From a virus: a stretch of DNA of 64,000 nucleotides. Of the stretch, positions 53,077 through 60,722 are shown one piece after another; positions within the stretch are counted from its first letter, which is position 1; each line of letters starts with the position of its first letter. The DNA lies in IMG/VR virus record IMGVR_UViG_3300037760_000114, positions 32,001 through 96,000 of that record, one strand, 5' to 3'. The position numbers were made by a program, and so were the translations under genes. The notes under the pieces were generated by a model that did no database searches, was not told the DNA's origin, and was given only the letters and a program-made list of their open reading frames with translations.

Positions 53077-53621
53077 TCCATGCCTTGCCGTGCCACGCCC
53101 ATCCCGGCCGTGCCATGCCGTACCGGGCCGGGCCACGCCGAACCTTGCCGCGCCTCGCCGGGCCATGCCTGGCCGTGCGTGCGGTGGCCGGGAGTCGAAC
53201 CCGGCCTACGACCATCACCGCGACCTTCCTTGCCATGCCCGGCCCTGCCTTGCCGATCCTGACCCCGCCGCTCCATGCCCTGCCCGGCCGCGCCGCGCCA
53301 TGCCGCGTGCGTGGGCGCCCCGGACTCGAACCGGGGTGTATGCCATCCGCCCATCCCCTGCATCGCCTTTCCTTGCCATGACTGGCCTATCCTTGGACTG
53401 CCCTGCCCGGCCGGACCTTGCCGAGCCTCGCCCCGCCGGGCCGCACCCGGCCGCGCGCGAGCGCTGGGGGAGTCGGACCCCCAGTACGACCATCCGCTCT
53501 GCCATTCCTCTAACTCCTTGCCTCGCCCCGCCGGGCCGCGCCAACGCCTATCCGCGCCGGGCCGCGCCGGGCCGCGCCGTACCCAGACATACCGCGCCCG
53601 GCCACGCCCTGAACGTCCATG
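53077..53621 (-). ncRNA. Array of four GG(N)-NN pentamer tracts separated by three tRNA-like hairpins (candidate guide RNAs)
   Basis: 5-nt periodic GGC/GGA/GGT plus a variable dinucleotide; hairpins at 53459-53499, 53313-53352 and 53181-53221. Confidence 0.8.
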
Positions 53622-54188
53622 TCAGACGATCCGCACCGAGAACCGGCCGTAACCGTTGGTCCGGTTATCCCCCAGCCCTTCCGCCTTCCCCGCCAACTCG
53701 GCCACCCGCTGCAAGTCGCTGCGGTCCATGACGCTTTCCAGCAGAATCGCGTCTGCCACCAACGCCCAACGGGGGAACTTCGGACGGACCCGCATAGTCC
53801 GCTTTCCGCTGATGCCAACGGCTGCCCGGTCGTGGAACTCGACCCGCTTGAACAGCTCCTGCGGGTCCTCCGGGCCTTCGTACGACAGCGGTACGTTCAT
53901 CTCGGTGAACTGCAACGCCCGGGTGACCTGCGTACCCTGCTTGCTGATCTTCCCGGCCTGGATGATGCACTTCCGCACGTTCGCGGTCGGCATGACGATC
54001 CGGCTGTCCTCCACGTACAGGCCGCCGAACCACTCCAGCCGCTCAATCGCCCGCCGGTCGTCCTCGGTCTTCTTCCGCTTGCTGGTGTAGGTCTGGATCT
54101 CCCGAACGATCGGGTTATCCGGATCGGCCAGCGAGATGTTGTGGCAGAGCAGTGGGCTAGTGCCCGTCAGCTCCAACTTGATATCCAT
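53622..54188 (-). CDS. Stand-alone Cas7/RAMP-like protein (188 aa)
   Basis: SD AGGAGG; LTGTSPLLCH first strand, MPTANVRKCI helix, C-terminal G-rich loop GLGDNRTNGYGRF. Confidence 0.75.
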   Translation of the reverse strand: MDIKLELTGTSPLLCHNISLADPDNPIVREIQTYTSKRKKTEDDRRAIERLEWFGGLYVEDSRIVMPTANVRKCIIQAGKISKQGTQVTRALQFTEMNVPLSYEGPEDPQELFKRVEFHDRAAVGISGKRTMRVRPKFPRWALVADAILLESVMDRSDLQRVAELAGKAEGLGDNRTNGYGRFSVRIV

Positions 54189-54236
54189 CCGGTTCCTCCT
54201 ATGTTCTGGGGCTGCCTGCCCCTGTCTGTTGTGGAA

Positions 54237-54661
54237 GCCCAGCCCTGTCAAGCCATGCCGGGTCCGTGAGCGCCGGGGAGTCGAACCCCGGTAGATGACC
54301 ATCCGCTCGCCTGCTGCCCTTGCCTTGCCTTGCCGGTCCCCGCCTGTCCATGCCGCGCCGGACCTCGCCTATCCTTGCCGCGCGTGGGCGTCGCGGCCTC
54401 GAACCGCGATGGCTGCCAGCCGCCCGCCAACTCCCTGCCGTGCCTTGCCCTTCCGGGCCGGGGACTGCCAAGCCGAGCCGCGCCCAGCCGAGCCACTGCC
54501 CTGCTGTGCCGAGCCAATTCCAGCCGTGCGTGGGCGTCCGGGACTCGAACCCGGATGTTTGCCACCCGCCCGCCACCCCTGCCAATCCCTGCCGAGCCGC
54601 GCCGATCCACGCCGTGCCCGTCCCGGCCGCGCCCAGCCGCGCCGTGGCCTGCCCAGCCATG
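54237..54661 (-). ncRNA. Array of pentamer tracts (three full, one short) separated by three tRNA-like hairpins
   Basis: Same periodicity; hairpins at 54532-54571, 54386-54425 and 54268-54308. Confidence 0.8.
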
Positions 54662-54916
54662 TCATGCAGCCCTTCGCGCGCGGGCCGCAGCCGACTTGAT
54701 CGCCAACCGAGAGAAGTAGGCCCGCTTCCGGGCATCCGCCATCAGCCGGGCGGTCTTGTCGTCCAAGTCGGGGTGCTCCGCCCGGACCTCCCGTAGCCAG
54801 CGGTCCTCGGCGGCCTTACGGGCGGCCTCGGTCGCGGCTGCCCGATCGATGGTCCTGCCCCACTTGACGAGGGCACCGAGGCGGCCGGCAGAGGCGTACC
54901 GGTTCGGGGTGCTCAT
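54662..54916 (-). CDS. Small basic hypothetical protein
   Basis: 84 aa, coupled to the cro-like gene. Confidence 0.6.
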   Translation of the reverse strand: MSTPNRYASAGRLGALVKWGRTIDRAAATEAARKAAEDRWLREVRAEHPDLDDKTARLMADARKRAYFSRLAIKSAAARARRAA

Positions 54917-55170
54917 GCCGCCACCGGATCTTCACCGTTCGACTGACGCAGCAGCAGTGCGCGGTCCCGCACGTGCAGCGCGTCGCAGATCCGGGCGAAC
55001 AACTCCGGGGAGCAGGTCCGGTCGGGGCGGGTCTCCAGCATGCTGATGTACGGGGCGGAGCAGTTCACGGCTTCGGCCAGCCCCTTGACGCTGTATCCGG
55101 CGAGCTTGCGCAGCTCCCGCATCGCTGTGCCGTCGATCTCGGCGTTGGCGCTAACGTCATCCAACTTCAT
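54913..55170 (-). CDS. Cro-like XRE regulator
   Basis: MRELRKLAGYSVKGLAEAVNCSAPYISMLE; divergent from the repressor. Confidence 0.8.
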   Translation of the reverse strand: MKLDDVSANAEIDGTAMRELRKLAGYSVKGLAEAVNCSAPYISMLETRPDRTCSPELFARICDALHVRDRALLLRQSNGEDPVAA

Positions 55171-55322
55171 AGGATCAAGTTACCGCTAGTTACCGTCAAT
55201 TGCTAGGCGCTGTAGGTCATCCGTTCGGGTACTACCGCCTATATGATCCGACATTCGCCAACTAGCCGAGTCTGTACCGGAGGTAACTAGACAGAACGGG
55301 AGTTGACATGCATGATTAGCGC
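55171..55322. promoter_or_regulatory. Divergent lysis/lysogeny switch with AGTTACC operator-like repeats
   Basis: AGTTACCG at 55178 and 55188, inverted copy near 55282; AT-rich. Confidence 0.5.
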
Positions 55323-55760
55323 GTGACCGAAGCGGCCAGGAGGCGGCTCGGCGACCACGTCCGAGACCGCCGCGTCGAGCTGGGGCTGCACATCAACGAC
55401 GCCGCCGACGCGGCCGGCCTCAACCCCAAGACGTGGACGGCATTGGAGCGCGGCAGCCGCGCGACGCGCGACAGCAACTACCGCGACATCGAGCGGGTCC
55501 TTCGCTGGCGGCACGGCAGCGTCGTGCGCGCCCTCGAAGGACAAGCGCCGATACCCGTCGAGTCAGCGCCGCCACAGCTACAGCCGCCGGCTACGCCAAC
55601 ACCTGAGCTTCCCGACGACCTGCCCGAATGGGACCTACGCGCACAGGTGGCATGGGTGAAGAGGCAGCCCTGGCCAGCGACGGACAAGCTGGCGATGATC
55701 CAGTACCTGTTCGAGCTGGACCAGCAGGCGGGCGGGACAGCGAGCCGGCTGGCCGGATAG
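55323..55760 (+). CDS. Immunity repressor (XRE HTH)
   Basis: LGDHVRDRRVELGL..DAADAAGL...WTALERG. Confidence 0.8.
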   Translation: MTEAARRRLGDHVRDRRVELGLHINDAADAAGLNPKTWTALERGSRATRDSNYRDIERVLRWRHGSVVRALEGQAPIPVESAPPQLQPPATPTPELPDDLPEWDLRAQVAWVKRQPWPATDKLAMIQYLFELDQQAGGTASRLAG

Positions 55761-55853
55761 GTAACGCTGTAGCAGACAGCAGGAGATTATGTCGTTTCCG
55801 CACGTCACAGCCCTGCGTATAGGCTGGTCGCTACAGCGCGGCGAGCGCGAGAA

Positions 55854-55895
55854 CTTCTAATCCCAAGGTCGTAGGTTCGATCCCTACCGGGCGCG
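55854..55895 (+). other. att core: 3' half of tRNA-Arg(TCT) (attP-like)
   Basis: CTTCTAA-TCCCAAGGTC-GTAGG TTCGATC CCTAC-CGGGCGCG with no 5' tRNA half; arm-like (G/A)CGCTGTAGC at 55764, 55830 (inverted) and 55992. Confidence 0.8.
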
Positions 55896-56018
55896 CTTTC
55901 CCCAGCTAGAAGCACCTTTTTGGTCTCGGTTCGCCCGCCCGGCGGATGCCACAGAGCTACGGCAGCGGGGTATTCTGCGCCCGGAAGCTGAGCGCTGTAG
56001 CACCCTGGGAGGGCTGCC

Positions 56019-56906
56019 GTGGACCCGAACGACATGCACCTCGCCTCCTACCGCCGGCACCTGCGGGCCAAGAACCGCAGCCCCACCACCATCGACGACT
56101 ACCGCGACGCCCTGACCCGCCTGGCCGCCCACTACAACGGCGCCGACCTGGCCGGGCTCGACAACCGGCAGATCGGCGACTACCTCGGCTGGATGCTCGA
56201 CTCCGGGCTCGCCGGCACCACCGTCGGAGTCCACTACCGGTCGCTGCGGGCCTTCTTCAACTGGGCGGTACGGGAGGAGATCATCGACCGGTCACCGATG
56301 CGGGGTATGGAGCATCCCAAGACGACCGACAAGCCGCCGGAGGTGGTGCCCGATGACGAGATCCGGGCGCTGCTGAAGACGTGCGCCGGGGCCACCTTTG
56401 AGGCCCGCCGCGACAATGCGATCATCCGCCTGTGGTGTGAACCCGGCTCGCCTAGGGTTTCGGAGATGGCCGGGCTCGACCTTGGCGATCTCGACCTGAA
56501 ACATGATCAGATCACGGTGCGGGGCAAGGGCGACAAGATCCGCACCGTGCCGTTCGGCGCCAGGACCGGCCAGGCCATCGACCGGTACCTGCGGGTCCGG
56601 GCCAAGCACCGCAGCGCCAAGCGGGACGAGTTGTGGCTCGGCAACCTTGGCGTGGGTCTGACCGCCTCGGGTCTGACGCAGATGCTGCGGCGCCGGTGCA
56701 AACGGGCCAGTGTGCCACACATGCATCCGCATCAGCTGCGGCACACCGCCGCCCACGCCTGGGCCGACGCCGGCGGCTCCGACCAGGACGCCATGCAGCT
56801 GTTCGGGTGGACCTCGCCGGAGATGCCCCGCCTGTACGGGCGGTCGGCCGGTGCCGAGCGGGCACGCCGTGCGGCTCGGCGTGCCTCGCTCGGCGACCGG
56901 TTCTAA
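56019..56906 (+). CDS. int: Tyrosine integrase
   Basis: PRVSE, GKGDK, HPHQLRHTA, FGW..PEMPRLY. Confidence 0.92.
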   Translation: MDPNDMHLASYRRHLRAKNRSPTTIDDYRDALTRLAAHYNGADLAGLDNRQIGDYLGWMLDSGLAGTTVGVHYRSLRAFFNWAVREEIIDRSPMRGMEHPKTTDKPPEVVPDDEIRALLKTCAGATFEARRDNAIIRLWCEPGSPRVSEMAGLDLGDLDLKHDQITVRGKGDKIRTVPFGARTGQAIDRYLRVRAKHRSAKRDELWLGNLGVGLTASGLTQMLRRRCKRASVPHMHPHQLRHTAAHAWADAGGSDQDAMQLFGWTSPEMPRLYGRSAGAERARRAARRASLGDRF

Positions 56907-57454
56907 CGTGCCGGGTGGGTCGGCCCGATGCTGCGGACGTTGCCGTTGCCGGCCACCGCCCCGGCCGCCTTCGCGGCACCCTCGACCCAGCCGCGTTCAA
57001 ACTCTTCATCCTTCTCGTCGACCCGCCGCTCCAGCGAGTCAAGCCTGCGGATCACGCCGCCGTGCAGCCCGGCCAGTTCCGCCCCGACCAGCTGAGCGCA
57101 GGTGGCGATCCGCGCCGCCACCTGCTCGCTGATCTCCCGCCGTAGCCGGCAGCCGACCCTGTGCACCTCGGTCACAACCACCCGCACCCCCCAGGCGCCG
57201 ATCAGGCTGCCGCCGCCGAGGACAGCCAGCGTGATCGCGGCACCGAGCAGCAGCCCGGAGACGGCGCGGGCCGCGTCGCCGGCGGTGACGACGTAGAGGC
57301 AGGCGACCATAACGGCGAAGACGAGCAGCACCATGCCGCCGTAGCGGGCGAGTGCCGCCGCTTTCCGCCCGGTGAGTTCAGCCCGGGTGGGCTGCGGGGG
57401 TGGTGGGTCGGGTTCGCCGGTGCCGTCCAGCGCCGGCTCATGGATTGTGGACAT
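56903..57454 (-). CDS. Two-TM membrane protein
   Basis: Two hydrophobic segments plus a coiled coil. Confidence 0.55.
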   Translation of the reverse strand: MSTIHEPALDGTGEPDPPPPQPTRAELTGRKAAALARYGGMVLLVFAVMVACLYVVTAGDAARAVSGLLLGAAITLAVLGGGSLIGAWGVRVVVTEVHRVGCRLRREISEQVAARIATCAQLVGAELAGLHGGVIRRLDSLERRVDEKDEEFERGWVEGAAKAAGAVAGNGNVRSIGPTHPAR

Positions 57455-57730
57455 AGTGTGTTGCCTTCCCCTGGGTCCGCCATCGGCGGCCCGGTCGGTC
57501 GCGCGGCTGGTCTCGACGCGACCCCGACGGGCCGTTTTCTCCTCCTCTACACGGAGGTCCCCCCGTCCGGGACCTCCGTGTTGGCACACCCCCGCATGCT
57601 GCAATCCCCCGTAACAAGGTCAACGGACGGTACGTCGGGAGGGTGACGGACTGGGATGTCACGGAAACCGGTCGGCTACCCGACAGATCCGGCGACGATC
57701 CGGGGTGTGTCGGCGGGGTGGGGCTGGCGG

Positions 57731-57907
57731 CTACGGCCTGAAGCGGGACAACTCGCTGTCGATCTCCCGCCGCGTCTGCCGCTCCTCGGCGCGCTTGGCC
57801 TGCCGACGGGTGCGCCCCTTGTCGGGGCAGTCCGGCCCGGGTGACAGCCGGCAGACGGGGCAGTGGGGCGGGTAGAGCCGGCCGAGTAGGCGGGTCACGG
57901 CGGTCAC
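57731..57907 (-). CDS. Small Cys/Arg-rich protein downstream of rtcB
   Basis: Manual ORF with HCPVC..PDC..RRQAKRAEER. Confidence 0.4.
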   Translation of the reverse strand: MTAVTRLLGRLYPPHCPVCRLSPGPDCPDKGRTRRQAKRAEERQTRREIDSELSRFRP

Positions 57908-57908
57908 A

Positions 57909-59108
57909 TCATCCCTTGACGCACACGACCTGCTTGAGGTGCGCTACCACCTCGACCAGGTCCCGCTGCTCGGCCATCACCTGACCCAGGTCCTTGTACG
58001 CGGCGGGGATCTCGTCGACGACCCCGGCGTCCTTGCGGCACTCCACCCCGGCGGTCTGCTCGGCGAGGTCCTCCAGGGTGAAGCTGCGCTTGGCCTGACC
58101 GCGAGACATCCTGCGGCCAGCACCGTGCGACGCCGAGTTGTAGGCGTCCGGGTTACCCAACCCACGGACGACGTACGAGCCGGTGCCCATGCTGCCCGGG
58201 ATGATCCCCAGCTCTCCGACGCCCGCCCGGATCGCACCCTTGCGGGTCACCAGCAGCTCTACACCGCCGTACGTCTCCTCGGCCACGTAGTTGTGGTGGC
58301 ATGAGATCGGCTCGTCGAAGCTGACCTGCGGCAGGTGGTCACGGACCACGCCGCAGAGCAGGGCCAGCATGACCGCCCGGTTGCGGGCGGCGAACTCCTG
58401 CGCCCACGCGAGGTCACGCCGGTAGGCGTCCATCTCCGGGGTGCCGGCGACGAACACGGCCAAGTCCCGGTCCGGCAGGTCGGCGTTGTGCGGTAGCCCG
58501 CGGGCTACCGTGATGTGGCGCTCGGCAAGCTCCTTGCCGATGTTGCGGGAGCCGGAGTGCAGCATCAGCCACACCCGGCCCGCATCCGGCCCGCCCTGCT
58601 CGACGCAAAGTTCCGCAAAGTGGTTGCCGCCGCCAAGTGTTCCCATCTGGTGCTCGGCCCGACCCCGGAGCTTGCCCACATCGGCGCGCAGTTCGCCGAA
58701 CCGGGACCAGAACCCCACCCAGCCCTTGCCGTCGAGGCCGGGCACACGACGCGGGTCGACAGCCGACTCATGCGACTGGAACCCGACCGGGATCGCCTCC
58801 TCGATCGCCGCCCGTAGCCGGCCGAGGTCGTCCGGCAGGTCGCTGTCCGTCAGCGAGGTACGGACGCAGCTCATGCCGCAGCCGATGTCCACTCCGACCG
58901 CGGCCGGGGCCAACGCCTGCCGCATGGCGATCACCGACCCCACCGTCGCCCCCTTGCCGAAGTGCACATCGGGCATCACGGCGACACCCTCCACCCACGG
59001 CAGGTTGCCGATGTTGCGTAGCTGCTGCTGAGCCTGCGGCTCGATGCCGGCGGGGTCGGTCCACACCCGTACGGGTGCGCGGGTGCCGGGCAGGGTGGTG
59101 TGGGGCAT
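57909..59108 (-). CDS. rtcB: RtcB RNA 3'-phosphate/5'-OH ligase
   Basis: MPDVH.GKG, VGVDIGCG, GTLGGGNHF, HSGSR, CHHNY, PGSMG, SHGAGR, DEIP.AYK, VKG; SD AAGGAG. Confidence 0.95.
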   Translation of the reverse strand: MPHTTLPGTRAPVRVWTDPAGIEPQAQQQLRNIGNLPWVEGVAVMPDVHFGKGATVGSVIAMRQALAPAAVGVDIGCGMSCVRTSLTDSDLPDDLGRLRAAIEEAIPVGFQSHESAVDPRRVPGLDGKGWVGFWSRFGELRADVGKLRGRAEHQMGTLGGGNHFAELCVEQGGPDAGRVWLMLHSGSRNIGKELAERHITVARGLPHNADLPDRDLAVFVAGTPEMDAYRRDLAWAQEFAARNRAVMLALLCGVVRDHLPQVSFDEPISCHHNYVAEETYGGVELLVTRKGAIRAGVGELGIIPGSMGTGSYVVRGLGNPDAYNSASHGAGRRMSRGQAKRSFTLEDLAEQTAGVECRKDAGVVDEIPAAYKDLGQVMAEQRDLVEVVAHLKQVVCVKG

Positions 59109-59138
59109 GGCAGTGCTCCTTCGGTCGTCTGCCAAGAG

Positions 59139-59208
59139 TCGCTGGTCTGAGTGTCGATCTCAGCGAGCCCGGGGTTATGAGTCCCGGGTGGGCACCGGCC
59201 CACCAGCG
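59139..59208 (-). tRNA. Atypical tRNA with CAT anticodon
   Basis: CGCTGGT/ACCAGCG acceptor, GGGC-CGGT-GCCC D arm, CTCATAA loop, T loop ATCGACA. Confidence 0.55.
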
Positions 59209-59232
59209 TGGTCCACACAGTGGATGGCATCG

Positions 59233-59303
59233 AGATCGCGGCCGGACTCGAACCGGCGTCTACCGCTTTGCAGGCGGTCCCCTGACCACTCGGGCACGCG
59301 ATC
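59233..59303 (-). tRNA. tRNA-Cys(GCA)
   Basis: Cloverleaf, loop CTGCAAA. Confidence 0.85.
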
Positions 59304-59308
59304 TTGTG

Positions 59309-59381
59309 TGTCCCCGGCTGGGTTCGAACCAGCGACCTCGGCCTTCGGAGGGCCGCGCGCTTCCGGCTGCGCCACGAGGAC
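59309..59381 (-). tRNA. tRNA-Arg(CCG)
   Basis: Loop CTCCGAA. Confidence 0.85.
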
Positions 59382-59382
59382 A

Positions 59383-59469
59383 TGGTGCGGGTAGAGAGAT
59401 TCGAACTCCCTGAGCGCATGCGCACCGGGGTTACAGCCCGGCTCACCTCACCATCGGTGACGTACCCGC
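59383..59469 (-). tRNA. tRNA-Tyr(GTA)
   Basis: Loop CTGTAAC, long variable arm, CCA. Confidence 0.85.
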
Positions 59470-59470
59470 T

Positions 59471-59544
59471 TGGGGTGACTGGCCGGAGTTGAACCGGCAT
59501 GTCCAGGGCCACAACCTGGCGCTCTACCATTGAGCTACAGCCAC
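59471..59544 (-). tRNA. tRNA-His(GTG)
   Basis: Loop TTGTGGC, C73, CCA. Confidence 0.85.
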
Positions 59545-59546
59545 AG

Positions 59547-59618
59547 TGCCCGGTGGAGGTGTCGAACCTCCGGCCTTCTGCTTGTAAGGCAGACGCTCTC
59601 CCGTTGAGCTAACCGGGC
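59547..59618 (-). tRNA. tRNA-Val(TAC)
   Basis: Loop CTTACAA. Confidence 0.85.
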
Positions 59619-59623
59619 ATGGG

Positions 59624-59697
59624 TGCGCCGCCTGGGGATCGAACCCAGCGCGGCCAGTTGATAAGACTGGTCTCACCGACCAGGTGAGCTGCGGCGC
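59624..59697 (-). tRNA. tRNA-Ile(TAT)
   Basis: Loop CTTATCA in stem CCAGT/ACTGG. Confidence 0.7.
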
Positions 59698-59700
59698 ATC

Positions 59701-59784
59701 TGGCGGAGGGGGCGGGATTCGAACCCGCGAGGGTGTGACCCCTACGCCGCTTCCAACGGCGTTCCCGTGACCGCCGGCCCCTCC
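59701..59784 (-). tRNA. tRNA-Ser(GGA), reduced D arm
   Basis: Loop TTGGAAG, long variable arm, GCCA. Confidence 0.75.
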
Positions 59785-59785
59785 A

Positions 59786-59859
59786 TGGCTCTCCCGGCTG
59801 GACTCGAACCAACATCGGCGGAGTAACAATCCGCTGTCCTACCATTGAACGACGGGAGA
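59786..59859 (-). tRNA. tRNA-Asn(GTT)
   Basis: Loop TTGTTAC, GCCA. Confidence 0.85.
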
Positions 59860-59863
59860 TCGG

Positions 59864-59937
59864 TAGCGCCGACGGGGCTCGAACCCGCACCGTCTGGATT
59901 GAAAGTCCAGGGACCTGACCGATTAGTCTACGGCGCC
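59864..59937 (-). tRNA. tRNA-Glu(TTC)
   Basis: Loop CTTTCAA. Confidence 0.85.
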
Positions 59938-59942
59938 TTGCG

Positions 59943-60016
59943 TGTTCCGACCTGGGTTCGAACCAGGGGCCTCCACCGTGTCGAGGTGGTGCTCTACCGG
60001 GCTGAGCTACCGGAAC
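59943..60016 (-). tRNA. tRNA-Val(GAC)
   Basis: Loop TCGACAC. Confidence 0.8.
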
Positions 60017-60017
60017 G

Positions 60018-60091
60018 TAGCGGGTGCCGGAATCGAACCGACCTGTCTCGGGTTATGAGCCCGTTGAGCACAACCAGTGCTCCTACCCGCA
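60018..60091 (-). tRNA. tRNA-fMet(CAT), initiator type
   Basis: GGG-CTCATAA-CCC; 1:72 mismatch. Confidence 0.8.
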
Positions 60092-60092
60092 G

Positions 60093-60164
60093 TGCGCCGC
60101 CGAGGAATCGAACCCCGGACACTCCGCTTAAAAGGCGGCAGCTCTACCACTGAGCTAGCGGCGC
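60093..60164 (-). tRNA. tRNA-Lys(TTT)
   Basis: Loop CTTTTAA. Confidence 0.85.
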
Positions 60165-60170
60165 ATGAGC

Positions 60171-60327
60171 GGCGGTGGAGTAGGCGTGTGGCGACGCCTC
60201 GTTCTTAAGCCGCAGACCAAGCGCCGTTCTCCGCCTCGCCTTCTTAGGGGCGACACATCACCCAGCTCCGGTCCTGCCAGCACGTTTAGGAGACCTGCCC
60301 TGGTACCCGGTTGCGGCCTCCACCGCC
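60171..60327 (-). ncRNA. Unknown 157-nt structured RNA
   Basis: 10-bp closing stem GGCGGTGGAG/CTCCACCGCC with nested helices; fills a slot between tRNAs. Confidence 0.55.
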
Positions 60328-60330
60328 GAG

Positions 60331-60402
60331 CCTCCCGCCCCCGATTCGAACGGGGACACCCGCTGTAGGAGAGCGGTGCTCTGTCCGTTGAGCTAGCGGG
60401 AG
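60331..60402 (-). tRNA. tRNA-Arg(CCT)
   Basis: Loop CTCCTAC. Confidence 0.8.
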
Positions 60403-60403
60403 A

Positions 60404-60476
60404 TGGTGCGGCGCCCGAGAGTTGAACTCGGCCCGCTGGCCTTAGAAGGGCCGGCTGCGCATCCGGCGCGCGCCGC
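60404..60476 (-). tRNA. tRNA-Arg(TCT), atypical fold
   Basis: Loop CTTCTAA, ACCA; D stem abuts the acceptor stem. Confidence 0.7.
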
Positions 60477-60479
60477 ATG

Positions 60480-60553
60480 TGGTACGCCGTGAAGGAATCG
60501 AACCTTCGTCCTCGGGGTAAGAGCCCGGAGCTAAACCACTCAGCTAACGGCGC
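60480..60553 (-). tRNA. tRNA-Lys(CTT)
   Basis: Loop CTCTTAC, ACCA. Confidence 0.85.
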
Positions 60554-60554
60554 G

Positions 60555-60638
60555 TGGAGGAGGGTAAGGGAGTCGAACTCTCGGGTGTCACCCCGGCACG
60601 GTTTTCGGGACCGCTTTGCCACCATGGCGCTACCCTCC
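60555..60638 (-). tRNA. tRNA-Ser(CGA)
   Basis: Loop CCCGAAA, long variable arm, CCA. Confidence 0.75.
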
Positions 60639-60643
60639 ATGAG

Positions 60644-60717
60644 TCGGGTGCGGGCGATTTGAACGCCCGGCCTCCGCGTCCCGAACGCGGCGCTCCACCT
60701 AGCTGAGCTAGCACCCG
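60644..60717 (-). tRNA. tRNA-Pro(CGG)
   Basis: Loop TTCGGGA. Confidence 0.85.
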
Positions 60718-60722
60718 TTGCG

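Noticed and set aside
53181-54571. tRNA genes or att sites at the six GTTCGA hairpins
   Set aside because: No anticodon arm or D stem; six diverged copies in a regular array
53077-54661. Canonical CRISPR array
   Set aside because: The separators are not identical direct repeats, the intervening tracts are periodic rather than unique spacers, and there are no cas1/cas2/cas6 genes
53054-54796. Gly/Arg/Ala/Pro-rich ORFs over the pentamer tracts
   Set aside because: Artefacts of stop-poor period-5 repeats, open in many frames; the conserved RNA hairpins argue for non-coding function
55815-55895. Complete tRNA-Arg gene
   Set aside because: No 5' acceptor strand or D arm; only the 3' half is present
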